Shown here: positions 8,404-16,448 of the stretch, in pieces
Layout: each line of letters starts with the position of its first letter
How positions within the stretch are numbered: the stretch's first letter is position 1
From: a virus
Lineage: Duplodnaviria; Heunggongvirae; Uroviricota; Caudoviricetes
Reading direction: 5' to 3' (one strand)
DNA length: 38,348 nt
IMG/VR virus record: IMGVR_UViG_2609459797_000003
The notes under the pieces: generated by a model
Database searches by the model: none
The model's input: only the letters and a program-made list of their open reading frames with translations
What the model was told of the DNA's origin: nothing
Translations under genes and position numbers: made by a program

Positions 8404-9345
8404 ATGAGCACTAAATTAACCGGCTATGTATGGGATGGTTGCGCTGCATCAGGCATGAAATTATCCAGCGTGGCAATTATGGCCCGCCTGGCTGATTTCA
8501 GTAATGACGAAGGTGTGTGCTGGCCATCAATTGAAACTATTGCCCGTCAGATTGGCGCGGGGATGAGTACCGTCAGGACGGCTATCGCACGGCTGGAAGC
8601 AGAAGGCTGGTTAACGCGTAAGGCGCGTCGCCAGGGTAACCGCAATGCGTCGAATGTTTATCAGCTTAACGTTGCGAAGCTTCAGGCAGCGGCATTTTCT
8701 CAACTGTCAGATTCTGACCCGTCAAAATCTGACGCATCAAAATCTGACCCGTCAAAATTTGATGCGTCGAAATCTGGCAAAAAAGCGGGTTTTCACCCGT
8801 CAGAATCTGGCGGGGATCCGTCAGTAAAATCAAAACATGATCCGTCAGATAAAAAACCTTCTCGTCCGGACGCTTCGCAACCGGACACGCAGACGGATGA
8901 ACAGGATTTTTTAACTCGCCATCCTGATGCGGTTGTATTCAGCCCTAAAAAGCGCCAGTGGGGAACGCAGGATGATTTGACCTGCGCACAGTGGCTCTGG
9001 AAAAAAATCATCGCCCTGTACGAGCAAGCCGCCGAATGTGACGGCGAGGTGGTTCGTCCCAAAGAACCGAACTGGACAGCCTGGGCAAACGAAATTCGCC
9101 TGATGTGTGTGCAGGATGGTCGTACTCACAAACAAATCTGCGAGATGTACAGCCGCGTCAGCCGCGATCCGTTCTGGTGCCGTAACGTGCTCAGCCCGTC
9201 GAAGTTGCGGGAAAAATGGGATGAGCTTTCCCTGCGCTTATCACCGTCCGTCAGCACGTACACCGAAAAACGCGAAGACCCGTACTTCAAATCCAGTTAC
9301 GACAACGTGGACTACAGCCAGATCCCGGCAGGATTCAGGGGGTGA
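8404..9345 (+). CDS. replication initiator (O-like, winged-helix N-domain) with internal iterons
   Basis: N-terminal 'LTGYVWDGCAASGMKLSSVAIMARLADFSNDEGVCWPSIETIARQIGAGMSTVRTAIARLEAEGWL' is the prophage replication-protein HTH; internal 15-bp tandem repeats encode 'SDPSKSDASKSDPSKFDASKS'. Confidence 0.6.
   Translation: MSTKLTGYVWDGCAASGMKLSSVAIMARLADFSNDEGVCWPSIETIARQIGAGMSTVRTAIARLEAEGWLTRKARRQGNRNASNVYQLNVAKLQAAAFSQLSDSDPSKSDASKSDPSKFDASKSGKKAGFHPSESGGDPSVKSKHDPSDKKPSRPDASQPDTQTDEQDFLTRHPDAVVFSPKKRQWGTQDDLTCAQWLWKKIIALYEQAAECDGEVVRPKEPNWTAWANEIRLMCVQDGRTHKQICEMYSRVSRDPFWCRNVLSPSKLREKWDELSLRLSPSVSTYTEKREDPYFKSSYDNVDYSQIPAGFRG
8707..8850. repeat. iteron-like tandem 15-bp repeats (putative ori) inside replication gene
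   Basis: Five consecutive in-frame units 'TCAgATtCTGACCCG / TCAAAATCTGACgCa / TCAAAATCTGACCCG / TCAAAATtTGAtgCG / TCgAAATCTGgCaaa' at 8707-8781 plus degenerate copies to ~8850. Confidence 0.6.
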
Positions 9346-9347
9346 TC

Positions 9348-9836
9348 ATGAGTCTTTTGAATGAAGTTCAGAAATTCATTGAAGCCCATCCGGGATGTAC
9401 TTCCGGAGACATTGCGGATGCTTTTGCAGGTTACTCACGGCAGCGCGTTCTGCAGTCAGCAAGCAAGTTACGTCAGAGTGGGCGTGTGGCTCACCGTTGT
9501 GAAGGAGATACACGCAGACATTTCCCGCGCCTGACTGAGAGAGCGCAGGAACCGGAACCACAACCAGTTCGAGAAACCAGACCTGTGCGCAATTTCTATG
9601 TCGGCACTAACGATCCCCGTGTGATTTTGTGCCTGACCCGCCAGGCGGAAGAACTGGAGTCCAGGGGCTTATACCGTCGTGCTGCAACCGTGTGGATGGC
9701 GGCATTCCGTGAAAGCCACTCCCAGCCAGAACGAAACAATTTTCTGGCGCGTCGTGAGCGGTGCTTACGGAAAAGCAGCAAGCGCGCTGCATCGGGTGAA
9801 GAGTGGTATCTGTCAGGGAATTACGTGGGGGCTTAA
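9348..9836 (+). CDS. PerC-like regulator domain protein (YfdN-like, tentative)
   Basis: C-terminal 'LTRQAEELESRGLYRRAATVWMAAF' resembles the PerC/Pch family core motif; ATG 2 nt after the upstream stop. Confidence 0.45.
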   Translation: MSLLNEVQKFIEAHPGCTSGDIADAFAGYSRQRVLQSASKLRQSGRVAHRCEGDTRRHFPRLTERAQEPEPQPVRETRPVRNFYVGTNDPRVILCLTRQAEELESRGLYRRAATVWMAAFRESHSQPERNNFLARRERCLRKSSKRAASGEEWYLSGNYVGA

Positions 9837-10489
9837 TGAGTAATAAATATTGCCAGGCGCTGGTGGAACTGCGGAACAAACCAGCCCATGAACTGAAGGA
9901 AGTGGGCGATCAGTGGCGCACGCCGGACAACATTTTCTGGGGAATTAACACCCTGTTTGGCCCGTTTGTTCTGGATCTGTTCACTGACGGTGATAACGCC
10001 AAATGTGCCGCGTATTACACGGCGGAAGACAACGCGCTGGCGCATGACTGGTCAGAACGTCTTGCGGAGCTTAAAGGTGCTGCCTTTGGTAATCCCCCAT
10101 ACAGCCGCGCCAGTCAGCATGAGGGGCAATACATCACCGGCATGCGTTACATCATGAAACATGCCAGTGCCATGCGTGATAAGGGCGGGCGCTATGTTTT
10201 CCTGATCAAAGCTGCCACCAGCGAAGTGTGGTGGCCGGAAGATGCAGATCATATTGCTTTTATTCGCGGGCGTATTGGTTTTGAACTGCCTGTCTGGTTT
10301 ATCCCGAAAGACGAGAAGCAGGTACCGACAGGAGCTTTTTTCGCTGGTGCTATTGCTGTTTTTGACAAGACCTGGAAGGGACCGGCAATCAGCTACATCG
10401 GGCGCGATGAACTTGAGGCATGTGGTGAGGCGTTTCTGGCGCAGGTTCGCCAGCAGGCGGAAAAACTGGTCAGGGAGATGGCGGCATGA
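9836..10489 (+). CDS. phage DNA N6-adenine methyltransferase (Dam-like)
   Basis: 'GNPPYS' is the (D/N)PPY catalytic motif of N6-adenine methyltransferases; TAATG overlap with the upstream gene. Confidence 0.8.
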   Translation: MSNKYCQALVELRNKPAHELKEVGDQWRTPDNIFWGINTLFGPFVLDLFTDGDNAKCAAYYTAEDNALAHDWSERLAELKGAAFGNPPYSRASQHEGQYITGMRYIMKHASAMRDKGGRYVFLIKAATSEVWWPEDADHIAFIRGRIGFELPVWFIPKDEKQVPTGAFFAGAIAVFDKTWKGPAISYIGRDELEACGEAFLAQVRQQAEKLVREMAA

Positions 10490-10812
10490 CGACGTTAACT
10501 CAATGCCAGCAGCAGGTGCTGGATATGCTGATTTCTTATCAGAAAGAACGTGGCTTCCCGCCAACCAATCAGGAGGTGGCAACCATGCTGGGATACCGTT
10601 CGGTGAATGCAGCGGTGGAGCATCTTCGCGCACTGGAGAAAAAAGGCGTCATCACGATAAAGCGTGGCGTGGCCCGGGGGATAACGCTTCATACCGCGGT
10701 GAAGGACGACGACAGCGAGGCGGTCGGGATTATCCGCGCACTGCTTGCCGGTGAGGAAAACGCAAGGCTGCGTGCAACCCACTGGTTACATGAGAGGGAC
10801 CTGAAAGTATGA
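10486..10812 (+). CDS. LexA N-terminal DNA-binding domain protein (no peptidase domain)
   Basis: 'QQQVLDMLISYQKERGFPPTNQEVATMLGYRSVNAAVEHLRALEKKGVI' aligns with the LexA winged-helix domain; ORF ends at 108 aa without an S24 domain. Confidence 0.7.
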   Translation: MTTLTQCQQQVLDMLISYQKERGFPPTNQEVATMLGYRSVNAAVEHLRALEKKGVITIKRGVARGITLHTAVKDDDSEAVGIIRALLAGEENARLRATHWLHERDLKV

Positions 10813-11198
10813 AGCTGATCCTGCCTTTTCCGCCCAGCGTGAACACGTACTGGCGACACCCCAACAAAGGGGCGTTTGCTGGTAAGAGCCTGATAAGCGC
10901 GGCGGGGCGAAAATTCCAGAGCGCGGCGTGCGCAGCAATAGTTGAGCAGTTACGTCGTCTGCCGAAACCAACGTCGGCACCTGCTTCAGTGGAGATCGTG
11001 TTGTTTCCTCCGGATAACCGGATCCGCGATCTGGACAACTATAACAAGGCTCTGTTTGACGCCCTGACCCACGCGGGTGTGTGGGAAGACGACAGACAGG
11101 TGAAAAGAATGCTGGTGGAGTGGGGACCGGTTATCCCGAAAGGGAAGGTCGAGATCACTATCAGTAAGTATGAGAAACCGGCGGGGGCAGCCGCCTGA
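10809..11198 (+). CDS. rusA: Holliday junction resolvase RusA
   Basis: 129 aa; 'PPSVNTYWRH...' and 'DLDNYNKALFDALTHAGVWEDDRQV' match the RusA pattern; typical position upstream of Q. Confidence 0.85.
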   Translation: MKLILPFPPSVNTYWRHPNKGAFAGKSLISAAGRKFQSAACAAIVEQLRRLPKPTSAPASVEIVLFPPDNRIRDLDNYNKALFDALTHAGVWEDDRQVKRMLVEWGPVIPKGKVEITISKYEKPAGAAA

Positions 11199-11217
11199 TT
11201 AAGAGGAGAAACGAAGT

Positions 11218-12015
11218 ATGAATAATCTGATGGTCATTGATGGTATTGAAGTTCGTCGTGATGCTTATGGGCGTTACAGCCTGAACGATCTGCACAGGGC
11301 TGCCGGTTCTCAGGATAAGCATAAGCCTGCATTCTGGCTCCGCAATGAGCAAACCGAACGTTTAATAAGCGAGTTGCAGATTTGCAACTCGGTCAATATA
11401 GAGCCAGTTAACGTTAGTCGTGGCGGAAATAACCAGGGGACGTATGTCTGCAAAGAACTGGTGTATGCCTATGCAATGTGGATCAGCCCGTCATTCCATC
11501 TGAAGGTGATCCGTACTTTCGATATGGTAACCAGCGCACCGGAAAAATTATCCGGGCAGGCTGCTGACAAGATGCAGGCTGGCGTGATTCTGCTGGACTT
11601 TATGCGCCGGGAGTTAAACCTGTCTAACTCATCTGTGCTTGGGGCCTGTCAGAAACTCCAGGAGGCTGTTGGCTTACCGAATCTGGCACCACGCTATGCC
11701 ATTGATGCTCCTGCTGACGCGCCTGATGGCTCAAGTCGCCCTACGCTGTCGCTGAGTGCACTGCTGAAACAGTATGGTATCCGCCTGACAGCTAATCAGG
11801 CATATCACCAGATGGCGAAGCTGGGGATCGTTGAACAACGCGAACGATACAGCCGTACCGCGATTAACAACATCAAAAAATTCTGGTCGCTGACGGCGAA
11901 AGGCTGCATGTTCGGCAAGAACATTACCAGTCCTGCAAATCCGCGCGAGACGCAGCCGCATTTCTTCGAATCCCGATTCCCTGAGCTGTTAAAGCTGCTC
12001 GATACCGTTCATTGA
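11218..12015 (+). CDS. KilA-N domain protein (antirepressor-like)
   Basis: N-terminal 'MVIDGIEVRRDAYGRYSLNDLHRAAG...KPAFWLRNEQTERL' is a KilA-N DNA-binding domain; AAGAGGAG Shine-Dalgarno. Confidence 0.7.
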   Translation: MNNLMVIDGIEVRRDAYGRYSLNDLHRAAGSQDKHKPAFWLRNEQTERLISELQICNSVNIEPVNVSRGGNNQGTYVCKELVYAYAMWISPSFHLKVIRTFDMVTSAPEKLSGQAADKMQAGVILLDFMRRELNLSNSSVLGACQKLQEAVGLPNLAPRYAIDAPADAPDGSSRPTLSLSALLKQYGIRLTANQAYHQMAKLGIVEQRERYSRTAINNIKKFWSLTAKGCMFGKNITSPANPRETQPHFFESRFPELLKLLDTVH

Positions 12016-12016
12016 G

Positions 12017-13012
12017 GTGACCGTGAGAGCACTACTGACCCCTGAAATTGCCCCGCGTATGGGGATCGTATTGTTCAGACCAGGTTCAGAGCTGATGCCC
12101 CTGTTTATGCAGGGGCGTGTACTGCTGGAGCCTGAGCCGGAACGTTATTCATCTTTCGCCAGTGGTGCCGTTCCCGCGGCATCACAACCGCTGGCGGATG
12201 ATCCTGCTGTTCGGGCCGTGTTCCGCAATGAGGCAGTGATCCGTCGTGCTGGTGGCGTGGAATGTCTTGAAAGCTGGTTACTTCGTGAAAAAGGCTGCCA
12301 GTGGCCTCATTCCGACTGGCACAGCGAGAACATGACCACAATGCGACACGCTCCGGGCGCAATCCGTCTGTGCTGGCACTGTGATAACCAGCTGCGCGAT
12401 CAGTTCACGGAACGGCTGGAATCAATGGCAACGGATAACTGTGCCCGCTGGGTGTTGTCTGTTGTGCGTCGGGATCTCGGTTTTGATGATAGTCACGTTG
12501 TGACAATGCCGGAACTGTGCTGGTGGCTGATTCGTAATGACCTGGCGGATGCCTTACCGGAAAGTGCAGCCCGTAAGGCACTGAGATTACCAAAGCCTGT
12601 TGTGCCGTCTGTCACCCGGGAAAGTGACCTTGTGCCTTCGGTTCCTGCCACCAGCATCATCCAGGATAAAGCGAAAAAGGTGCTGGCGCTGAAAGTGGAT
12701 CCGGAGTCGCCGGAGTCTTTTATGTTACGCCCTAAACGTCGCCGCTGGGTTAACGAAAAGTACACGCGCTGGGTTAAGACGCAGCCGTGTGCATGTTGTG
12801 GAAAGCCTGCTGATGATCCCCACCACCTGATAGGTCACGGTCAGGGTGGAATGGGTACAAAAGCGCATGACCTCTTTGTGTTGCCTTTGTGCAGAAAGCA
12901 TCACGACGAGCTGCATGCGGATACTGTGGCATTTGAAGATAAATATGGCTCTCAACTGGAGCTGATATTTCGTTTTATCGATCGTGCGCTGGCAACTGGC
13001 GTGCTGGCCTGA
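12017..13012 (+). CDS. DUF968-family protein (YdfU-like) with C-terminal Cys/His motif
   Basis: 331 aa; C-terminal '[18 protein letters not shown]...[10 protein letters not shown]' looks like an HNH/zinc-binding motif. Start is GTG at 12017 in the track; first in-frame ATG is at 12059. Confidence 0.5.
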   Translation: MTVRALLTPEIAPRMGIVLFRPGSELMPLFMQGRVLLEPEPERYSSFASGAVPAASQPLADDPAVRAVFRNEAVIRRAGGVECLESWLLREKGCQWPHSDWHSENMTTMRHAPGAIRLCWHCDNQLRDQFTERLESMATDNCARWVLSVVRRDLGFDDSHVVTMPELCWWLIRNDLADALPESAARKALRLPKPVVPSVTRESDLVPSVPATSIIQDKAKKVLALKVDPESPESFMLRPKRRRWVNEKYTRWVKTQPCACCGKPADDPHHLIGHGQGGMGTKAHDLFVLPLCRKHHDELHADTVAFEDKYGSQLELIFRFIDRALATGVLA

Positions 13013-13029
13013 TTTTGTGGAGAAAGTTG

Positions 13030-13401
13030 ATGCGTGATATTCAAATGGTTCTTGAACGTTGGGGTGCATGGGTGGCAAATAATCACGAGGATGTCACTTG
13101 GTCGTCTATTGCTGCAGGATTTAAAGGACTAATCCCTTCAAAAGTAAAATCCCGCCCGCAATGTTGTGACGATGACGCGATGATCATTTGTGGGTGTATG
13201 GCTCGCCTGAAAAAGAACAACAGCGATTTGCACGATTTATTAGTGGATTACTATGTAGGAGGTATGACATTTATGGCGCTTGCCCGTAAACATGGGCGTT
13301 CTGATTGCTGGGTTGGGCGTTTATTGCAAAAAGCGGAAGGAGTAGTTGATGGTATGTTGATAATGCTAGATATTGAATTGGAAATGGAACGTAAAATTTA
13401 G
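13030..13401 (+). CDS. late-gene antiterminator Q (QuuD-type)
   Basis: '[34 protein letters not shown]...[30 protein letters not shown]' matches my recollection of DLP12 QuuD; position immediately upstream of the lysis module. Confidence 0.7.
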   Translation: MRDIQMVLERWGAWVANNHEDVTWSSIAAGFKGLIPSKVKSRPQCCDDDAMIICGCMARLKKNNSDLHDLLVDYYVGGMTFMALARKHGRSDCWVGRLLQKAEGVVDGMLIMLDIELEMERKI

Positions 13402-13630
13402 TTATGTTATGAATAAATAAATGCTAATGATTTTTGTAAGATAGCTCATTTTATGTCCATAGGTGATGTATGCATTAATATGATTAATTTGTCTCCTTAT
13501 AAAAATAAGATTATGTAAATAATAACAAAGGGTGACATTATTAAGTGTTGCTTTTTCTTAGTAAGTTGTTATCCTACTTAAGGTTGAATGATATTGTATC
13601 GAATAAAGTTGCTTATATAGAATTATTTTT

Positions 13631-14158
13631 ATGTTATGGCTTATTGAGTTAGTTAATAGGATGATTGAATCAATGCTTTCAAATGTAATTTTAAGTGGAG
13701 CTATGTCCACGTTATTGGCTGCATTTCTAATTTTTGTGTTTAAGGAGTATATAAAAAGGCCACCTAATTTTTCAGGGGTGTTTGAGATCGAGTGTAAAAC
13801 GCTAAAATCATCATATAATTCATATGTAAACCTAACTACATTCTATACATTAGTGTTGATTTGTGATAATAACACTATAGAAGGACATATTGAAAAAATA
13901 AAAGATATCGAAAATGATGGGAATGAAAGAAAATATATTGGCGTGCATCGCAATATTGGCGATGTCAATGGTGTAATTAAAAGAAATTACTTAAGACCTA
14001 ACCATGCTTCGTTGAATATAAAAATGCATGGTGATAAGAGGGATTATACTATTATGCTATATTTTAAGAAGGTGAATACGAAAAATATGAAAGGAACTTT
14101 TTTATCTACTGCTGCAGATTCTTCTGGAGATGTTAAGTGGCAGCGAAAAAATTTTTAA
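13631..14158 (+). CDS. AT-rich cassette gene 1: membrane-anchored protein of unknown function
   Basis: 175 aa; hydrophobic helix 'VILSGAMSTLLAAFLIFVF' near the N-terminus followed by 'KEYIKRPP'; Lys/Asn-rich low-GC codon usage. Start uncertain (ATG at 13631, 13661 or 13673). Confidence 0.55.
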   Translation: MLWLIELVNRMIESMLSNVILSGAMSTLLAAFLIFVFKEYIKRPPNFSGVFEIECKTLKSSYNSYVNLTTFYTLVLICDNNTIEGHIEKIKDIENDGNERKYIGVHRNIGDVNGVIKRNYLRPNHASLNIKMHGDKRDYTIMLYFKKVNTKNMKGTFLSTAADSSGDVKWQRKNF

Positions 14159-14781
14159 TTTATTTACTGTCGTTGCCATATTTAATAATGGCTTCGATTA
14201 TCATAAAGCTTAAAGTTAAAAGTATAATTGATGATTATGAGAAATGTACTACTTATATTTACTGTAACTCGAAGAAATATAATAACATTTCTCCTGTTAT
14301 GATTGATATATTAAGGTTAGCAGAGGATCATCGACAATTATTGCATAGAGGGATTGACCCCATTGCAATCATTAGAACTTTTTATCTGAGGATATTTAAA
14401 AATATACACCAAGGAGCGAGCACTATAGAACAGCAGTTTGTGAGAACTATAACTAAAAGATACGAAAAAACAATACGTAGAAAGATAAGAGAGCAGATAT
14501 TGGCTATATTGATTAGAAATGTATCAACTCCAGATGATATATGTAAGTGTTATCTTTCTTGTTGTTACTATGGCTATGGAACTTATGGGATAGATAATCT
14601 TTTAAAAAAGAAACAAAATATCAGTGATTTTGATATTGTTGCAATGATTAAATATCCATTCAGGGGAGAAGTTGTTTCAGTTACAGAGGAACGATTTAAA
14701 CATAGGTCGCTCTATCTTTCCACTTTATATAAATTAAATGCACAAAGGGATATGATTTTTTTGCGAAAATATAGTGGGTGA
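14137..14781 (+). CDS. AT-rich cassette gene 2: membrane-anchored GT51 (MtgA-like) peptidoglycan glycosyltransferase homolog
   Basis: GTG start with GGAGA Shine-Dalgarno 6 nt upstream, overlapping gene 1 by 22 nt. N-terminal hydrophobic 'FLIYLLSLPYLIMASIII'; then 'AEDHRQLLHRGID' (EDxxFxxHxG-like), 'GASTIEQQ' (GxSTxTQQ-like) and 'RRKIREQ' (RKxxE), with both candidate catalytic Glu present. Confidence 0.6.
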   Translation: MAAKKFLIYLLSLPYLIMASIIIKLKVKSIIDDYEKCTTYIYCNSKKYNNISPVMIDILRLAEDHRQLLHRGIDPIAIIRTFYLRIFKNIHQGASTIEQQFVRTITKRYEKTIRRKIREQILAILIRNVSTPDDICKCYLSCCYYGYGTYGIDNLLKKKQNISDFDIVAMIKYPFRGEVVSVTEERFKHRSLYLSTLYKLNAQRDMIFLRKYSG

Positions 14782-14978
14782 TTATGTTAAGTGTATTTTA
14801 TTATGTGTCAAAAAGTTTAGTCATCTCTGCTTAATGTATAATCGTGAATGTTTTTATTCAGATTTTATGCATGTCAAGTTGATGAGTGCCGTCGACATAA
14901 GATATGGGGATAATGAATAGTTTACAATCGTAAATAATAGAATATCCTGTTAAAAGTGGTTACTTCTCCACGCAGCTT

Positions 14979-15008
14979 AAACCCGCCGTCGAGCGGGTTT
15001 TGTCGTTT
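14979..15008 (+). terminator. rho-independent terminator between cassette and holin (tR'-like position)
   Basis: 'aaACCCGCcgtcgaGCGGGTtttgtcgtttc': 6-8 bp GC stem, 6-nt loop, U-rich tail. Confidence 0.6.
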
Positions 15009-15152
15009 CTGGGTCTGGGGATTCCTTGGTCCTAGCCTATCCCGCAGTTATCCATTAACTCGGCTTCTTTGACGTTTCCGCTTCTGATTTGCGGTACATG
15101 ATGTTTCCTCAATTTGCACCTGCTGTATCAGCGAGGTGAGAGATAACTACAA

Positions 15153-15479
15153 ATGCCTCATAACCCAAATACCTGGCTGGAGTTGGTCCAGAGCTGGTGG
15201 CGTGGAGACACACCGCTGGGCGCAGTGATTATGTCGATCGTTATGGCTGGTTTACGTATTGCCTATTTTGGCGGCGGGGGCGGCTGGAAACGAAAAACAC
15301 TCGAAATTTTGCTCTGTGGCGCTCTGACGCTGACATTTGCATCCGCTCTTGAGTATGTCGGATGGCCTAAATCACTTTCTGTTGCCATTGGTGGTGGTGT
15401 TGGGCTGATCGGTGTCGATGCTATTCGTGGGGCAGCAATGCGAGTAATCGGTAACAAATTTGGTAGCTCGAAGGAGTAA
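15153..15479 (+). CDS. holin, lambda S family (class I)
   Basis: 108 aa; hydrophobic segments and charged C-terminus align with lambda S ('AYLRGRYNGG...' versus 'AGLRIAYFGGGGG...'); two Met near the N-terminus suggest a dual-start motif. Confidence 0.8.
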   Translation: MPHNPNTWLELVQSWWRGDTPLGAVIMSIVMAGLRIAYFGGGGGWKRKTLEILLCGALTLTFASALEYVGWPKSLSVAIGGGVGLIGVDAIRGAAMRVIGNKFGSSKE

Positions 15480-15482
15480 TTT

Positions 15483-15959
15483 ATGCAGGCACTAAATTCC
15501 CAGCGTAAAGCTTTCCTTGATATGGTGGCATGGTCAGAAGGAACGGAGAACGGGCGACAACCGACACGTAACCACGGTTATGACGTTATTGTTGGTGGTG
15601 AACTGTTTACTGATTACTCCGATCACCCTCGCAAACTTGTCACGCTAAACCCCAAACTCAAATCAACAGCCGCCGGACGTTATCAGCTTCTTTCACGCTG
15701 GTGGGATGCTTACCGTAAGCAGCTTGCTCTGAAAGACTTCTCTCCGAAAAGCCAGGATGCTGTGGCATTGCAGCAGATTAAGGAGCGTGGCGCTTTACCG
15801 ATGATTGATCGCGGTGATATTCGTCAGGCAATTGACCGTTGCAGCAATATCTGGGCTTCACTGCCGGGCGCTGGTTATGGTCAGTTCGAGCATAAGGCTG
15901 ACAGCCTGATTGCAAAATTCAAAGAAGCAGGCGGAACGGTCAGAGAGATTGAGGTATGA
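15483..15959 (+). CDS. endolysin, lambda R-type lytic transglycosylase
   Basis: 158 aa nearly identical over most of its length to lambda R as I recall it ('[55 protein letters not shown]...'). Confidence 0.95.
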   Translation: MQALNSQRKAFLDMVAWSEGTENGRQPTRNHGYDVIVGGELFTDYSDHPRKLVTLNPKLKSTAAGRYQLLSRWWDAYRKQLALKDFSPKSQDAVALQQIKERGALPMIDRGDIRQAIDRCSNIWASLPGAGYGQFEHKADSLIAKFKEAGGTVREIEV

Positions 15960-16417
15960 GCAGAGTAACCGCGATTATTTCCGCTCTGGTTATCTGCATC
16001 ATCGTTTGCTTGTCATGGGCTGTTAATCATTACCGCGATAACGCCATTACCTACAAAGCCCAGCGCGACAAAAATGCCAGAGAACTGAAGCTGGCGAACT
16101 CGACAATTACTGACATGCAGATGCGTCAGCGTGATGTTGCTGCGCTCGATGCAAAATACACGAAGGAGTTAGCTGATGCGAAAGCTGAAAATGATGCTCT
16201 GCGTGATGATGTTGCCGCTGGTCGTCGTCGGTTGCACATCAAAGCAGTCTGTCAGTCAGTGCGTGAAGCCACCACCGCCTCCGGCGTGGATAATGCAGCC
16301 TCCCCCCGACTGGCAGACACCGCTGAACGGGATTATTTCACCCTCAGAGAGAGGCTGATCACTATGCAAAAACAACTGGAAGGAACCCAGAAGTATATTA
16401 ATGAGCAGTGCAGATAG
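15956..16417 (+). CDS. i-spanin Rz
   Basis: 153 aa, N-terminal membrane anchor, coiled-coil periplasmic domain; ATGA overlap with R; Rz1 embedded in +1 frame. Confidence 0.9.
   Translation: MSRVTAIISALVICIIVCLSWAVNHYRDNAITYKAQRDKNARELKLANSTITDMQMRQRDVAALDAKYTKELADAKAENDALRDDVAAGRRRLHIKAVCQSVREATTASGVDNAASPRLADTAERDYFTLRERLITMQKQLEGTQKYINEQCR
16176..16358 (+). CDS. o-spanin Rz1 (lipoprotein embedded in Rz)
   Basis: '[24 protein letters not shown]...[23 protein letters not shown]': lipobox VVGC and Pro-rich body, as lambda Rz1. Confidence 0.85.
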   Translation: MRKLKMMLCVMMLPLVVVGCTSKQSVSQCVKPPPPPAWIMQPPPDWQTPLNGIISPSERG

Positions 16418-16448
16418 CGCTGCCCATATCGATGGGCAACTCATGCAA

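Noticed and set aside
8707-8850. Tandem 15-bp repeats considered as a CRISPR array or VNTR
   Set aside because: Units are contiguous with no spacers, lie in-frame inside a coding gene and are only 15 bp; far better explained as origin iterons or a peptide repeat.
13385-14950. Possible direct repeats flanking the AT-rich cassette ('CGTAAAATTTAG' at the left junction, 'CGTAAATAATAG' at the right)
   Set aside because: Imperfect, short, and in AT-rich DNA where such matches arise by chance; not enough to claim an insertion or att-site scar.
14782-15152. Search for a tRNA or small ORF in the gap between cassette and holin
   Set aside because: No cloverleaf-compatible sequence found by eye; the only ATG-initiated frames are under 20 codons; the clear element is the terminator hairpin.
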